Shown here in pieces: positions 48,872 through 63,000 of a stretch of DNA of 64,000 bases (the stretch's first letter is position 1; every line of letters starts with the position of its first letter). The translations under genes were made by a program, and so were the position numbers. The stretch covers positions 76,074,001 through 76,138,000 of the forward strand of contig OZ260663.1 in NCBI GenBank assembly GCA_965285935.1. The letters run 5' to 3'. The notes beneath the pieces are model-generated. The model was not told the origin of the DNA. It searched no databases and was given only the letters and a program-made list of their open reading frames with translations. This DNA is from Ophelia neglecta. Taxonomy: Eukaryota.

Positions 48872-49050
48872 CTGAAAGAGAAATTGGACACCAGTTACAT
48901 TGTGAATACCAATACAGCAATCACTTTACGATTACAAAATTCATGTAAAAGAATTGATGATTTAATTACGTAACACTTGCTATAAATATATATTCCTTCA
49001 CGTGAGAAAGAGTCTAGAGAGGTCAAAGAACTCCAAATGGGAGGAAATAC

Positions 49051-49563
49051 CTTCTTCAGCCAACTTAAGGGCCTGGCTTTCTAACATCTCCGCTTGTAGG
49101 TCGGAAGCATCCTGTGGTGGCTCCTCCTCTTTCTTAGAGGTTCGCAGCGTGCTGGGGCGTGGGGAGCTGGCGGTACGGGTGGTGTGGCCTGCCTGGCTGG
49201 TGTGGCTGGCCTGGGTGGTGTGCATGGCCTGAGGGGAGGCCGAGGCTGCAGAGGCAGTGGGCGCCGGGCTCATGCTGGGGGTGACCGGCGGGGGCGATGG
49301 CCACGTCGGTTGGTCCACCAACATCAGCAGGCGCTGCATTCCCTCGGCAGTCACGTTGTGCACAGCAAACAGGTGCTTCTCCAGCTGAACTTTGTCCCCA
49401 CACTTCTCCTGACAGAGGGGACAGTGGAGGGCCTTGCCGCTGGCGGCCGGCAGCTGGGCATGCTGGCCCTGAATGTGAGCTTGAATCTGAACCTGGCTAG
49501 CACACGAGTAGTTACAGTATGGACACTGGTGGATCTGCTGTCCCACTGGCATACTGCCCAGAC
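49051..49563 (-). CDS. zfh2: ZFHX coding exon, 513 nt (two C2H2 fingers)
   Basis: tttgtttatttacag|gt CTG GGC...; HQCPYCNY..HIQGQH and LHCPLCQE..LEKHLFAVHNV; GAA GAA G|gtattt; a 179-bp intron leads to the giant exon. Confidence 0.93.
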
Positions 49564-52500
49564 CTGTAAATAAACAAACAATCATTAGTCATGTGACAAA
49601 CAGTATTGTCAGAAGTATGTATGTATATAGAAACTCAACAACCTTATACCAGTTAGGTGTATACTACCTCAGGAGGAGGCTGAAGGTACCACTAACTACT
49701 CTGACATGTTCTGCATTAATATCTAGCTTGGAATGTGCAGTTGCTTAAACATTTTCAAGAAGTAAAAATATGAATCACAACAGAAAGAAATATTCATAAC
49801 ATAATCAATGAACAATGGGCACGCCTTCCATTGCCTTTCCATGAAAATAAACACTTTTTTATCTGCAAACAATCCACCAAGCCTTCTATTAGACCATGAG
49901 TAGATAGCTATCCGCATAATATAAATGTAGTTGTTGAGACTGGGATGGTCTGACGAGTAACTAAGACTACACTTGCCATACCTTAAAGTTACTTGATAGC
50001 AGGTGAGATCTCTAATTATAAAATTCAATCTTATAGCAGAGATTCTGGCTGAGAGAATGGAGAGCATATTTGAAACAGGATCCCTTGACATGAACATACG
50101 ATACTACAATGGATAAGAATTCAATTATCTGCTTTTTTTTTAAACTTCTCCCTGCAAATTCATTTCGCTTTGTCTGGCTGTAACTTGGCAGGATATTAAT
50201 GAGGGGTCCAAAATTAAATATTTAGGCAAAATAACCCTTTCTTTATTCTTTTAAGATACACTAATAACCATTTTAGAATTATCTTGCTATATCATTGCAA
50301 TTTCACCCAACACATAATGATCTGGTCCTGTACTGAATCATATAGCAGGAGGAAAAGAATGCTATATTTATTGTTAATTATAGCCCAATGGTAGATCACC
50401 TTTGTAAGGTTCATGGTGTGAATAAACAGGTAAGCTTGTGTAATTTGAGATAAAGCAGGTCTGGTGGAGTGTAATAACTGAAGGCCAGACATTGTTTATG
50501 GAGGCCAGCTCTGTTAAGGGCTAATTAGTAGGATGGAAGTAGTGCGCTCCCAGAATGACAACTGATTACTGCCATAGCGTCTACATCCTCTCCAGGAGAC
50601 TGTCTCTGTCACATCTCTCATCTCAAATAAATCGTTCTGTTACCACCGCTTAACAAATAAAGATGCCAGCCAACTCTGTCATGAAAAATGCTAATTAATT
50701 ATGTGCCCACTCAATCAACTGCTAGGGCTTATTTTTTTCCGCTATCCAATTATCATCTACAATGACGTTGGTTTGAGCACCTCAATATGGTTCACAGCTG
50801 CTCAGATTTTTTGCACAGGAAAACAAGAAGAGCAAAAAGATGAGTTAGTTACTAAAGCTACTGGCAGTTCATTTCCTACAGGGCTTGGGCATACATTATC
50901 CCATCTGACTGCTATAACATATCAAAGGGGATACAGCGCTCTGTATCACCACCATGTAATACACCATTATGATTGGGTGTCCAAACTATAAACGCAATTA
51001 TGATGATCTGGGCTGGCAGGAGCCCAGAGGAGAGCCGTACCAGTCCACAGAGATTTGTCTAAGCTGCTTTTTACTTCTCCACCAAATGATAGTGAAGCCT
51101 TTTCTTTAGTTGAATTATTCAACATACTCTATAGCATCCACATTGAACATCATCAAGTGAGAACTGTGTGCCCGACTGGGGCCAACAATCGATATGAACT
51201 GGTGAAAGCGTGTTAATGATTTTGACATGTATAATGTTGAGTCATAGGAGTGATAAATCAATGGGGATCAGTTAGTAATTAACTGGTCAAGGCCAGCCTT
51301 GATTAGTTCTGCTGGCTGTCACTAGTATTTTTTGGCTGCCCAATCACTTGCCACAATGAGATAACAGGCGTGAACTGAGTAATTAGAGGTTGGCGCACAC
51401 AAAATCCTTTGCTGCCGCCTAATAAGCCTGCCTCACATCAGCAGGGATTTTGTTACTGCCGGCTTCCTATAACAGGGTTACAGGAGACTGGCGGAGAAAT
51501 TAGCCCTTCACTGCTTACATCCCACAAACAGTGACCTGCTCATGTAAACAACAATACTCATCTTCAGACAGTTTATATCATAAAGTAACAAGAATAGGAA
51601 CAAAATATCTCATATTGCTCAGCTATAATAGGTAAAGATTAATCAGAGATCAAATAAATATTTCCAAGGGCTGTGTGTGCAGCTGATTGATAAATGATGC
51701 CCTATATGCTATAGAAACATTATTTCCCCAAAAAAATTATGCTTTAAAATGTGAGGTGAAGGAATCCTTGCAAATAGTTCTTTGATCTGTACAGGACATT
51801 CTTCATATTAATAACATTTTATGAAACAGCACAGCACAAATGAAATGACCAGGCTATTGTCCAGCTTAGCTGCAGAGAGATAAAGAAATCATCCAAATGT
51901 AAATCATATGTCAAACACAACAATGGGACCAACAAGCCAAACACATCATGCTTGGCACATTAAACTCCCTAACACAGGACTAGTATTCAACTAGCTGTTT
52001 GTTCCCCCCTGCCAGAGGATAATGTGTTTGTCATTAGAACAATCCGCCCTTATGCACTGCCATACTAATGAGTAGATTTCAGAAAATGTTAGAAAGTCCT
52101 GCAGAAAATCATTATTAATTTGTCTGTGTGCCTGCATTGCTCTCAACTTTATAGAGTTTCCGTGATGGAGAGCTGATCGATTTCTCTTTTATTATCCACT
52201 CTAATCTGATTGCTGGTAAATTATATTTGGCCAGGGAAAAACAGCTTACACCTGAGTTTGTTAATATTTGTAAGCAGCTTTGTAAATGATGCACTTGTTA
52301 TTGTGATTAAGTTCAGCTCTCACACATCAATGATATGTTCACTCACTTTGTATATCAAAGGCACACACTGGAGCTGCTGCCCCCTAGCATTATAGTTTGC
52401 AACTAAACACAAGTGAATTTTGGTCAGCATGCAACTTGTGTACTTTACTTGTGTAATTTACCATGATGTATCAGTTACCTGAAAACCCATGCAGGTTAAC

Positions 52501-53903
52501 ACACTGTTACTGTTGAACAACCCCCCTCCCCCCCCCCCCTCCACCTCCACCATCACCGCCAGCCAAAAGTTAGGTAATTCCAATCATTGAACTAGTACAA
52601 TTACTTTTGTGGAGCAAAAATGATTACAACAAGTTGGTATTGCAATATCTGCTAGTTTCAGGTTTCATAAAGTAATATTCAAAAGTGACTTTAATAAGAA
52701 ATAATGATCCTAAATAAAGGCAAATCTGTGTCTTCATAAACACATGGCATAGATCAGATGACACGCCTGCCATTTGATTACAAGAAAGCCCTTCATTAGA
52801 TTTTTTCATTCCACTTGTCATTTGTATTACTTTTAGAATCAGGTGAAATCATTAGAAGCTTTCTGCCTGGCACTTCAAAGAGAGCCGTGTTGCAGGGAGC
52901 TAGCACTGGGGAGGTACCATTGTTTTATGGACAGGGGAGTGACAGCCCAGAAATCTGTAATAAGTTACCACCACAGACATGAGTGTCCTCTCATTAAGTC
53001 CCCAGTGTCCTCGCCAAATGTCAGAGATCATTATATAAGCTGATCTACGTGGGGACATAGATGGTAATAATTAAGGGTGCTGATTGAGTACTGTCGTCTG
53101 CCCTAAATCAGCGACTCTCGGGCTGTTTAGTGTTCTTGGTGGTGCCCCATCTTTTGTCATGTGTCTGGCTGGCATTGCCTGCGATATGTTACTCATCCAC
53201 CATCACCTGTCTCCCGGTGTCCCCTCCTCTAAACCTGCCCCTAATAAGACGGGGCCAGCCGACAGCCCTCCTGCATTGTCTTAGGGGCCAACAGCTTGCT
53301 TAATTTAGAGTCTCATCTCCATCATAATCCAGGCTCACAGAGGGCCCATCCTATGACATTAGACTATGCCTGCCGCCTTTAATTTTGTTTTACGACTGAC
53401 TTGAGAGCAGCCATCGTCCAGAGCAGCGATCATTATCTCTCACCTTCCCTTGCTATTTAATGCGATTAATTAATTCTGGCTTCAGCCAGCGAAAGATATT
53501 TTGTATCCTTAACTTATCATTTTTGGGGCCATAACTCGGGCTTGAGCATGTTGTAATGAGAGCTAGCCAGATCGGATGATGCTCGGGCAGCATACCACAT
53601 TTCGCCTCCCAATGAAATTACCATCTCAGGCTCAGAATGTTTCCACCGATTGCAACTGTCATTTTCATTTCTTGTTTCGAGGAAAGTTGATTTTCTAGTT
53701 AATGGTGAAATATGATCACACAAGCTTCACTTCCTGAACATAAAATCTCCAGTGATGAGAGATCAAACTCTTAGCAGTGGCTGCTGCCTCTTGAGAGGAA
53801 AGCAAGGCCTTTTTCACTCTAGACCAGCCATTACATGTTGAAGGCACCACGTGGAGATGGCCTACACATGTGGTGCCCCCAAGTGGCCGTCCCATGCACT
53901 TAC

Positions 53904-54008
53904 CATGCTTGCTGTCGGCCAAGAGGGCCTCCCGGAATTCTGGATCTGTCTTGAATTCCATGCTGTTCTCCCCATCCGGAGTATGACATTCAGTAGCACT
54001 GTCTCCAT
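53904..54008 (-). CDS. zfh2: ZFHX coding exon, 105 nt (most 5' exon found in the window)
   Basis: cctctcccttcatttcag|(D)GDSATECHTPDGENSMEFKTDPEFREALLADSKH G|gtaagt; strong splice sites, phase 1-1, joining in frame (G|GT) to the 49563 exon. Confidence 0.8.
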
Positions 54009-57000
54009 CTGAAATGAAGGGAGAGGCAACCGTTACAAAGAGCCTGGTCATATCCAATATGTATATTGTAGGAACGCTTCTCCTCTGTCATCAGCAGTGT
54101 ACGTAACACGGATTCCAGGAGGGATAATTACACTGCACAGCTCTTTATATTTCACCAAACACCACAGTTTCTTATTTCCTGTCAACTTTTTTTCTGTTTT
54201 AATTATTTCTCACATGATTTTGATAGAGAGCCAAAGCTTGCATCCCTATCTAGCTTAGTGATGGTCGAAATTTAGTAATTTCCAATCTCCAGGATTGATG
54301 AATACCAAGTTGATGACAATGAATAAAAACAACCAAAGATAATAACACAGCAAGCGGGTTTAGGTGTCCTCCAGTGTAGGTGTCCTCGCCTGATTTCTGA
54401 GAACACTTTTAATTGCTAGCCAGAGTTGGTATCATGCCAATATTATGAACACAGGATGTTAAACTTTTCACAGGATTCATTTGTTAGGATTGACTCATCA
54501 GAAAATATGTCAGCCTTTTGTCCTGGGACATTATCAACTCCGGCCCTATTAATTTACCTGAGAATGAAGATATTTTCTGTTTCTTGTGTAAATACCTTAG
54601 CAAACATTACCACTGTTTTGTTTGCCTGGCGATCTCAATACCATTATTTGCCCACCTATTGTGTGATTGGAATGGTGAATTTTTCCAAACTTTTTTGTTA
54701 AGTAAGGAAGTTTCCTCATTGACATGAAGTTTTTTCAAATCTTAATACTATTGAATTTCAGTTGCACAGCCAATCAAGAATCCATCAAGTGGAGGCCTAG
54801 GATAAAGAGGTTTTTTTCCCACTTTCAAGTATTCATTCACCAGAAAGTGGGTCTTCGAATGTCTTTTCACCTGTGCTGGCCTGTCAAAACAAGGCACAGT
54901 CCTGTGAACAGATTTACTTCATCAGTTGCAATTTCACTGTTTCAATGAAGCTCGACTTACAACACACTATCTGGCCAGTCACCTCATTTGTTGGAATAAT
55001 GAAAGATACCGGTGAAGATTTAACCAGAGGCGCTGGTAGGCTTAGAAAAGACCACACAGCTAGGCTTAAATAGAAATGGTAAGAACAACACCAACCCAAT
55101 ATACACTTAGCTAGGTCTATCTCAATGGCTGCCCAATTATATTACTTTTTTTTAACAAACTAATTCATATCAAGTAAGAATCAGAGCATAACGTGTTTGG
55201 TAAGTAAACACAGGCGGCCACAATGGCTTGTCAATTTAATGGCCCACCTTGGCTAGCCCGACCATGATTATTAGCTGTTTTTAAAATAAAGGTATGCGAA
55301 GCCTGCGTGATAATGACCATATACATAGGAAGAGGTCAGGATGCAGGGTGATGGAGAGCTTTTATTAAAACTATGACAATTTCACATTATTACTTCCCAG
55401 AATGCTTTCCTACAAGTTACACTTACTTTTGTATTACAAAAACAAGAAAAAGCTAAATATTGATGAATATCTCATCTATATGTATCCTGCAGACAATATT
55501 TCTAATTTATTCAAAAATCAAGCCAATTTCCTAATAGGCAAAAGAGAGTTAGCCACAGGAAGGTAATTAGAACAAGAGTTAGATAGAGATATCTACATTT
55601 AATCATCTCTTGCCTTTTTATCCCCGCCAGGCATTACTTCCAGATCATTATTTCTCCTCTAGATACCAATTTGAACTTTGCGAAGGCAAAAAATAAAATA
55701 TTATACAGCCAAGAATAAGATTTTCCTGCAAAATGGTACATCTGCTAAGGTCCATAAATGTATACCAAACATCTAACACTCCCCAAAGGCCATCAGCGTG
55801 GAGCAGCTGCTTATACAATCTGTGATAAACATGAATTTGGTGGCCATCAGGGCCTGTAGCTTTTGACCTAGCTATATAGGTCTAGACCTCTCCATAGCCT
55901 CGGCTACACGGGACTATTAATAACTATACATGTCATCAAGGTAACCGGCCAAAGTCAACTTGTTCATGCAACGCCAACCGCAAAACAAAGATCCCTGACC
56001 AGTGGAAGTGACCACCAGCCTGTAAACCTGCCAAAGAAAATCAAACTAAATTAAAACAACTCTCATCACTGCTACATACCAGTTACATCTCCACCCTGTA
56101 CAATGGCCATCGACAATGCCAATATTATTTTGCACACTTATCAAAATAGCTGGTAATCAATAATCAATCAGATAATAATCTGATTGGTAATATCACACAA
56201 TCAAACAAGGCCAGTGACCAGTTGAATGGACACAAGTGACCATTATTGTGTCTAGTATAAGCCTGCTAGTAGGAGGTTTTGTTGGCACTTGATTTACAGT
56301 GGTCTGAGGGGAACATGCCTGAGGTGAGCCCAAACACTTGGCTGTTTGGCTGGTATTTTGTGGTCATAAGTCTACTACTCACGAGAGGTTAGCTGAAGTA
56401 GACTGACAGTGCTCACACTGCCACCTGGACAGGACTGGCTGGCAGCTCCTGAGTGAATACCAACCAGCCAGTAGTGCATGTACCAGATATATGTTCGCCA
56501 ACATATTACCTACCACCTTCCCTCCTCCCCCCCCCCCCCCTCCCTCCATTACAAACAAACCAGTGGTCAGACAGCATAATGGACACCTTTATCTATCAGC
56601 TTTCATCAGAAGTGTAGCTCCTATCTGATCCCACATGTAATGGGGACCACATCAGGTCTGGATATACAGCACACACCAACTTCTTAAACAGCTCCATCAC
56701 CCAACAGAACCCGGTTAGAGATACACAACATCTTGTAGGGGATTATTGTCAGGAAATATATACCTTAATAAGTTAAGAATTGTTAAGACTAGTTAACTTG
56801 GACTCTTACTACAATGGATATAATGTGGAAAGTCACTATGGACACCTTCTGAGAGAAGCACCCTTGTATGTCTCTAGTGCACAAGTGTCGTGATATGAAC
56901 CCTAGAATTAACTTCTCATGAATTAACACAAAGGAACTAACAATTTCACTCTTCTATTGGTTTAGGAGTAGATAATAACATAAAGGGCAGTTTATAGCCA

Positions 57001-60000
57001 GAGGGCACTTCTTAGCTTTCAGTGCTTCCACTCTCATACATGTCTCTCATACATGTCTCGGATCTCTCCCAGGTCTGATGAAACAAGACTGCCTGTGGAC
57101 AGAACCTAACTCTAACTTCTGACCCAAACTCTGTTTTAGTTGACTCAGTTGAGTACCGTTAAATTCCAAACTGGTTAATCATGTTCTGGGCAGAGATTGG
57201 TGGTGAGTATTGCTATAGTACAGCCTATAATCTCAGACTGGACAGCCTACCGTGCCAACAGAGGTGACTTGTGATTAATACATGTGATTTTCTAACTTTT
57301 CTTCATTAATGTAGTCTGATCTGGGAGAGAGCCTCGAGCAGTACTGCCAAGCAGATCAGGCCTCAGATGCCTGGTGCAATATGAGACTGTGGATATAACT
57401 GTGGTGGGGAGTCTGGCCATAGTTATACCAACACCAGATGGGATGCATTAATTAAAACTCTGGGAGATACCAGGGCCTGGCTGGAGAAATTTAGCCATGC
57501 CCGCCATCTAGATATCATCAAACATTTCTCAGGCCAGCGGCATGCCACAAGATGTTGTCGGGAGGTCTTATCTCTGGGTATGGACCGGGAGCCCCACAGG
57601 GAATGCTGGCCTTCCACTGGCCACCCCATATATCACAGGAGATCACATGCTTCTTCAACCTCACACCCCCTCTCCCTCCTTCATCACAACGCCCTGATAT
57701 TCCTACATCACTCACAGCAGTCATCATTAATAATTATTTCTCCGAGCCCAGAATGCCAGTGCCCACCAAAATTACATTTAGAAATTACTGGCGAAAACAC
57801 ATCTCTGAGAGGTCCAAGGGTAACCAGAGTAGCCCACCGATAGCTCCACAGCATTAGGAAACAAAATCAACCCTTGAACACTTAGTCTTGATTCAATTAT
57901 AGTTTTTGCCTTATTTTTCTTTGTACTTTTGGGCTGAATGGCCTAACATGCTGAGTCTTCCCCCCCCAAAGGGTGCCCATAGTCATTATACCAGAAAAGC
58001 CCCTAACAAAACTAATCATTATTTTGTTCCAGTACTCGACTGCAATTTTGCAGCTCTAATTATTAAAATTACCACTCGGATATAATTTCCACTGAGAAAT
58101 AATTATTGATATCACGCAGATTCATGTATGTACTTGTTTCCCCCTGGATGTGCTTGCCAGGTTATTTCCTTAATTTAAACACTGTTTCTTGTTTGTCCTT
58201 CTATGCCAGTCAGTCATATTCACCATTACTTCAACTGAATTAATGCTTTCTCAATATATAGCTCCCAAACTTTGGAGATCAGAAATGAAAAGCTTCTCGG
58301 CTCAATGATTAGCCCGCCAAACAAAGCTGGGGCATGATTAAAATTTCATTAAGAATTTTATTGCTATCTGTATATGAAAGCCTTAAGCACTAAGGTAAAT
58401 TCAAAGGAAGATATATCTAGTGCCAAAGCAGGGGGATTGCCTTACAACATGAAAGAGAGCTTTATACTAATAACAATAGAACACAAAACCTCCTCCTCTA
58501 GAATTATAACATTAAAAATCAAAGTCACTGGTTTCTAACATGAATTTTATGTGCAGAGTGTCGACAATGAACAAACATTTTAATATCCAGTTTAACTAAG
58601 GTGCTGCTTTTTGTCTGCAGTTGACATCACACAGGCATTGATGAGCAAGGAAACATTGAAAAAGACATCCAGTTAAAATTGAAAGAAAGAAAGGGAAAAA
58701 ATAGTTTATTTAGTACCACCTGAATGCCAAGGTCTTAGAAGAGAGCTAACAAAACCTGTTTTTATTGGAACAAATTTCTCTTAACAAGTCTGATATTAAT
58801 TTGACTACCTTGGGAAGGACCCTTTTAATCAATCTCCCTAGTCAGGTTTTCTTCATGAATGGGTATTTTATTTCTCATTATACAAAGTTATGTGATGGTT
58901 AAGTTCTTGCTGGTGGAAATGTTCAGCTTGCTCAAGAGGTCACTGTGCAAACATCAAACAAACACTAATTCCAATGAATTTACTTAGAAACCACCATAAA
59001 AAATAGGCCCAGACAGGAAAAAACAAAATTCATGTTCAATTTGTCATAATGGAAAACAGAATAATGTAATTAATATAAGACTAATGCCATGAGTGTTTCA
59101 TTGGCAAAACTATCAATGTACATGTAGGCCTTGGCTCTTGTGAATTATCACCTATAACACAATAACGATAATGGCTATTGCCTGAACACCTTAAAAACAC
59201 ATATTCTGTGGTGCACATTGTGCAATTAACTACAGATTATTGTGTGATCAGTCTCTAATCAATAATTGCCACCCCTCAACAAGTGTTTGAGAGTAGAGCA
59301 CTGTGCTCCTTCAGTCCTTCCTGTTCTGTTCTTTCCAGGCTGTTTTCTTAGCCTGTTTTTCAGGCCTATAGATACTACAACTTGTGCTAATGGGAGTTCC
59401 AATCCAGGCTGATTCCTGCCGATTCTGGGTTATCCACGTGTTGGTTAGCATTCACAGCGCCTTGTGGACCACACCCCTTTTAATACTTGATATCAGTTTT
59501 TGTTTAGTTTAGCGCCCACATTTTTACCCCGGCCTCCACTAATTTAATCCAGACAAAAACACAAGAACACATGGCAAAGTAATCAGAGTCTACATCTAGA
59601 AAATTGAGGCATCCCATTTTCACCGTTGGTGGTATCATACATGATCTTTGTCTATGCCTGATGTGACTCATTTGAAGTTCATTTCTCAGTTAATAAGCAT
59701 GTATGGAATTCCTTTTCCTGCCGTTTGAAATTAATAACTTGGTTTCCCTAACAGCACATGATGATTCCCATAAACATATCTGGAACTTCTTGTAGGAAGT
59801 AAATTGAGTGTTTGGCACGACTGGTCATGGTCCAGTGGAGTTGCCCACTAGACAATATTTGACCCCCACAGAGACGCAGTCCAAATCACTAGTAATATTT
59901 CAACAAATGCTAGTTAACTCACAAAACTGACAGGATCGAGGTGTGGGAATGGCACAAATAAAAAGTGCCTGATCAAATCCAGTCTCGGTGATTATATGTA

Positions 60001-63000
60001 ATTGTACATGAGCTACATTCCAATATATGAAGACAGATTCGAAGATTGCATGTACTCATTGTTGGGTGGCTAGACACCATAATTAGTCCATTTCATTACC
60101 AGATAGAATGAATACTGGTTTGCTGATTCCTTTTTAACACCATGTCTATCACAATTTAAATACTTATTTTTCTAGCCATGCCTTGACACACATCTGATTT
60201 ACCTATAAGTTAATAATCAATACAGTATGAGCATTGGTTATACACAGGACAAATGATTTTACTCAATCATGTATATAACAGAACCCAGATGTACCAAAAT
60301 ACTATGGTCTTTATATACACCAGCAAGAAATATTCCAACTTATGCAATATGAGTGGCCTAATTACAATTTTTCCACAATATTTTGACAAACCATGTGATC
60401 ATTTCCACTTCTGAAATAGGCAGATTAGATAGCTGACCAGTATGGAATCAATTACAGTTAATGGGCGTGGGCTATTATGTGCTGGCCATTTTTAATAAGG
60501 GAAACTTGAGACATTGACCCAGCATGATGCATAACCAAGGCGCATATCATCATGAGCCCGGAAGGAGGGGATTAATATCTGGGTGCGATATGGTTTGTGG
60601 CATACGGCAGGCCGCCGTATCAAATGTGTACAGCCTGTTGCCTACCATAGGTCAGGGACATATAATTGAGATATGGCAATTAAAAAGTCTCCATCTGGGT
60701 TACCAGGCAGTGCCAGGCCTCTCCCATCCGACCCAGTCAGGCCCACAGGGCCTCCCTCTGCCCTTTGCCGCTATAGTGGGTGTAGGTCTAGCAGAGCAAT
60801 GGCTGACTCCCTGCATCACCAGTCTCCAGAGGCCTCTACAGCCAAGCTAATTAGTTTTCTGCATCACTGGTCTGTATCCGACTCCCTACAAATTGGGCAC
60901 CAAATAGAGCCTGAATAATCCTGGTTTTTGCTCTGTAAATGGTGCCCTGCACCTTGACATGGGTGAGCATGATTGTGGGAGAATGCTCCCCCCCCCTCTC
61001 TGATACATGAGCAGCCAAGGCAGATTACCATTGGCAAGGAAGCAGGGGTGCCATCGGGGGAGCAGCACAATCAGGAAGTGAGTGATGAAAACAATAACCA
61101 TCTGCTTGGACACAGGGTCAGGGTTCATCAGCCCCTGGCTCCCCTTCCTCCCCAGCATGCACTGACTATCAACTGTTTCTCAGTCAGCTGAACAAGCCAC
61201 CACAGCTCAAACAATGCAGACCACATATAATAGGAGCCCTACTAGATGTACCAGCCCTGTACACAAACAAGCAAGCTGCATATTTTTTAATTGCAAAACT
61301 GAAGTTTTTTCTATACAGTATTCATACTCTCAGTAGAGCTGTAAATTACCCAATTGTATTTTTTGAATTATCATGAACTAGTACAACAGACAGAAGTTGA
61401 ACTGGGACAATAAAACTAAATTATCATCTCTGACATCAAGCCTAATTTTTCCTGCTGGCTTAATCATAACATAATATCACATTCTGGCTGTTAAAAACAC
61501 AGTTGGTGGGGAGGAATATACATGAAAGCTGTCCAGGAGCATGCCAGACACAGAGATATTGATGGCAAAACGGCTGCAATCTATTTGAATCTGATCATTT
61601 GGTATACAGAATGCAGAGCCCCAGAGTAACTGTCATGGAAACTCCATAAAGGATTGAAAAGGGGAAGCTTCAAACAAATGCCACTAACAAAACAGATCAT
61701 CTTACCATATTAACTGCATGTTGAAAGAACCAAAAGACATTCTTAATGACTTATCTGTAACTGATAGCTGTATTATCTTATCTTGCTCCTTCCAGATAGG
61801 AAAATAGCCTAAAAAGTTAATAAACTGACTAAAACTGTTGGTGAACTTTCGACCCTCCACACTAATGAAAATAATATTGCGACACCCAACGGGCTCAAAA
61901 CAATTATCCGAGCTGTCATCTTTGGATTGAAAATTAAACTTGTGGGGTGTACAATGATAGATTAAACCTCCACTGCACCCCCCCCTCCATTCTCCTTATT
62001 ACAGATTTAACCCCCCTCCTTTCTCCTTATTACAGGACCCTCCTATACCCTCCCTACCAACAGGGTGGGGCGTCAACCTGTCAGACTCACCCCTGTCCAG
62101 TCTAATTAGCCGAACAGACTTTAATAAAATCAAGCCAATCCATAGGGGGACTGGTAATCATAACCATTATATGCCTGCCAGCTATTCATTTATACCCAGT
62201 GTATGAAAATTAAATCCCCATGGAGGCACTAGTTCATATCGTCTAGTTTGAAATTCTCTGGGAACTTTTTGAGGTCCCAGCAGGCCTGTGTTCTTAAGAG
62301 TTCTTTTCTTACCTTCTTTTAATGAGCACCATGTTTCACATTATCACCCGAGTAAATATGCTCTCTGGTCGCTGTGTTTATGCTAAGTAATTAAACCTAC
62401 TGTAAATGGGAAAGCCAGACAAGTGCCAACACGCATAGGCTGGATGAAACTTAATGCTTATAGCAATAATTGTGCAGGTTAAATAAATATGCTTTGAGTT
62501 TAAATGGGTGTCCTGTTGGCCAGTTCTAAACATACCCAACTTTGATGGTCACAATCTTACAGCCATCTTGAATCGAGACACCGCACAAAGTGACAACTAC
62601 ACAACACTGTGCATTGTGGAAAGTGCACCAGCAAAGGAATTCTCATGACTCTGAAGTATTACATGAACAACAATAAGTTTAATCACTATATGGGAGGGTG
62701 AATTATGGGAGAAACCCTTTTAGCCGAAGAAGAATCAGATTTACTCGCAAATAACCCTTAGATTAATCAGAATATGGACTAGATTGACTGTGGAATTGAT
62801 TTTTCCCTGTCATTTTTTATTATCAGGCAAGACTATTAATATCTATATGGACAAGGGATGTGACCAGAATTTGTCCCCTACCACATTACCAATAGTCCTT
62901 TATGTCACACCAAATGGAATAAAAGACCCAAACGCATTGGGAGTCCGTGTGAGGAGAAGAGACGGGCGCCCGATGCTATTTCTTTCGAAACAATGGCGGT

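Noticed and set aside
48872-48920. ORF-track start MLYWYSQCNWC of the 1862-aa ORF, and its end GKLYSIY
   Set aside because: Both are intronic read-through beyond clear splice sites at 48871 and 43355.
43398-49581. Many antisense and alternate-frame ORFs over ZFHX exons
   Set aside because: Expected shadows of a long GC-richer coding sequence.
53023-53046. agagatcattatataagctgatct resembles the bantam miRNA (seed GAGATCA and 3' AAGCTGAT)
   Set aside because: Neither flank provides a complementary arm for a pre-miRNA hairpin. The segment is itself a short imperfect palindrome and is intronic, so it is probably chance.
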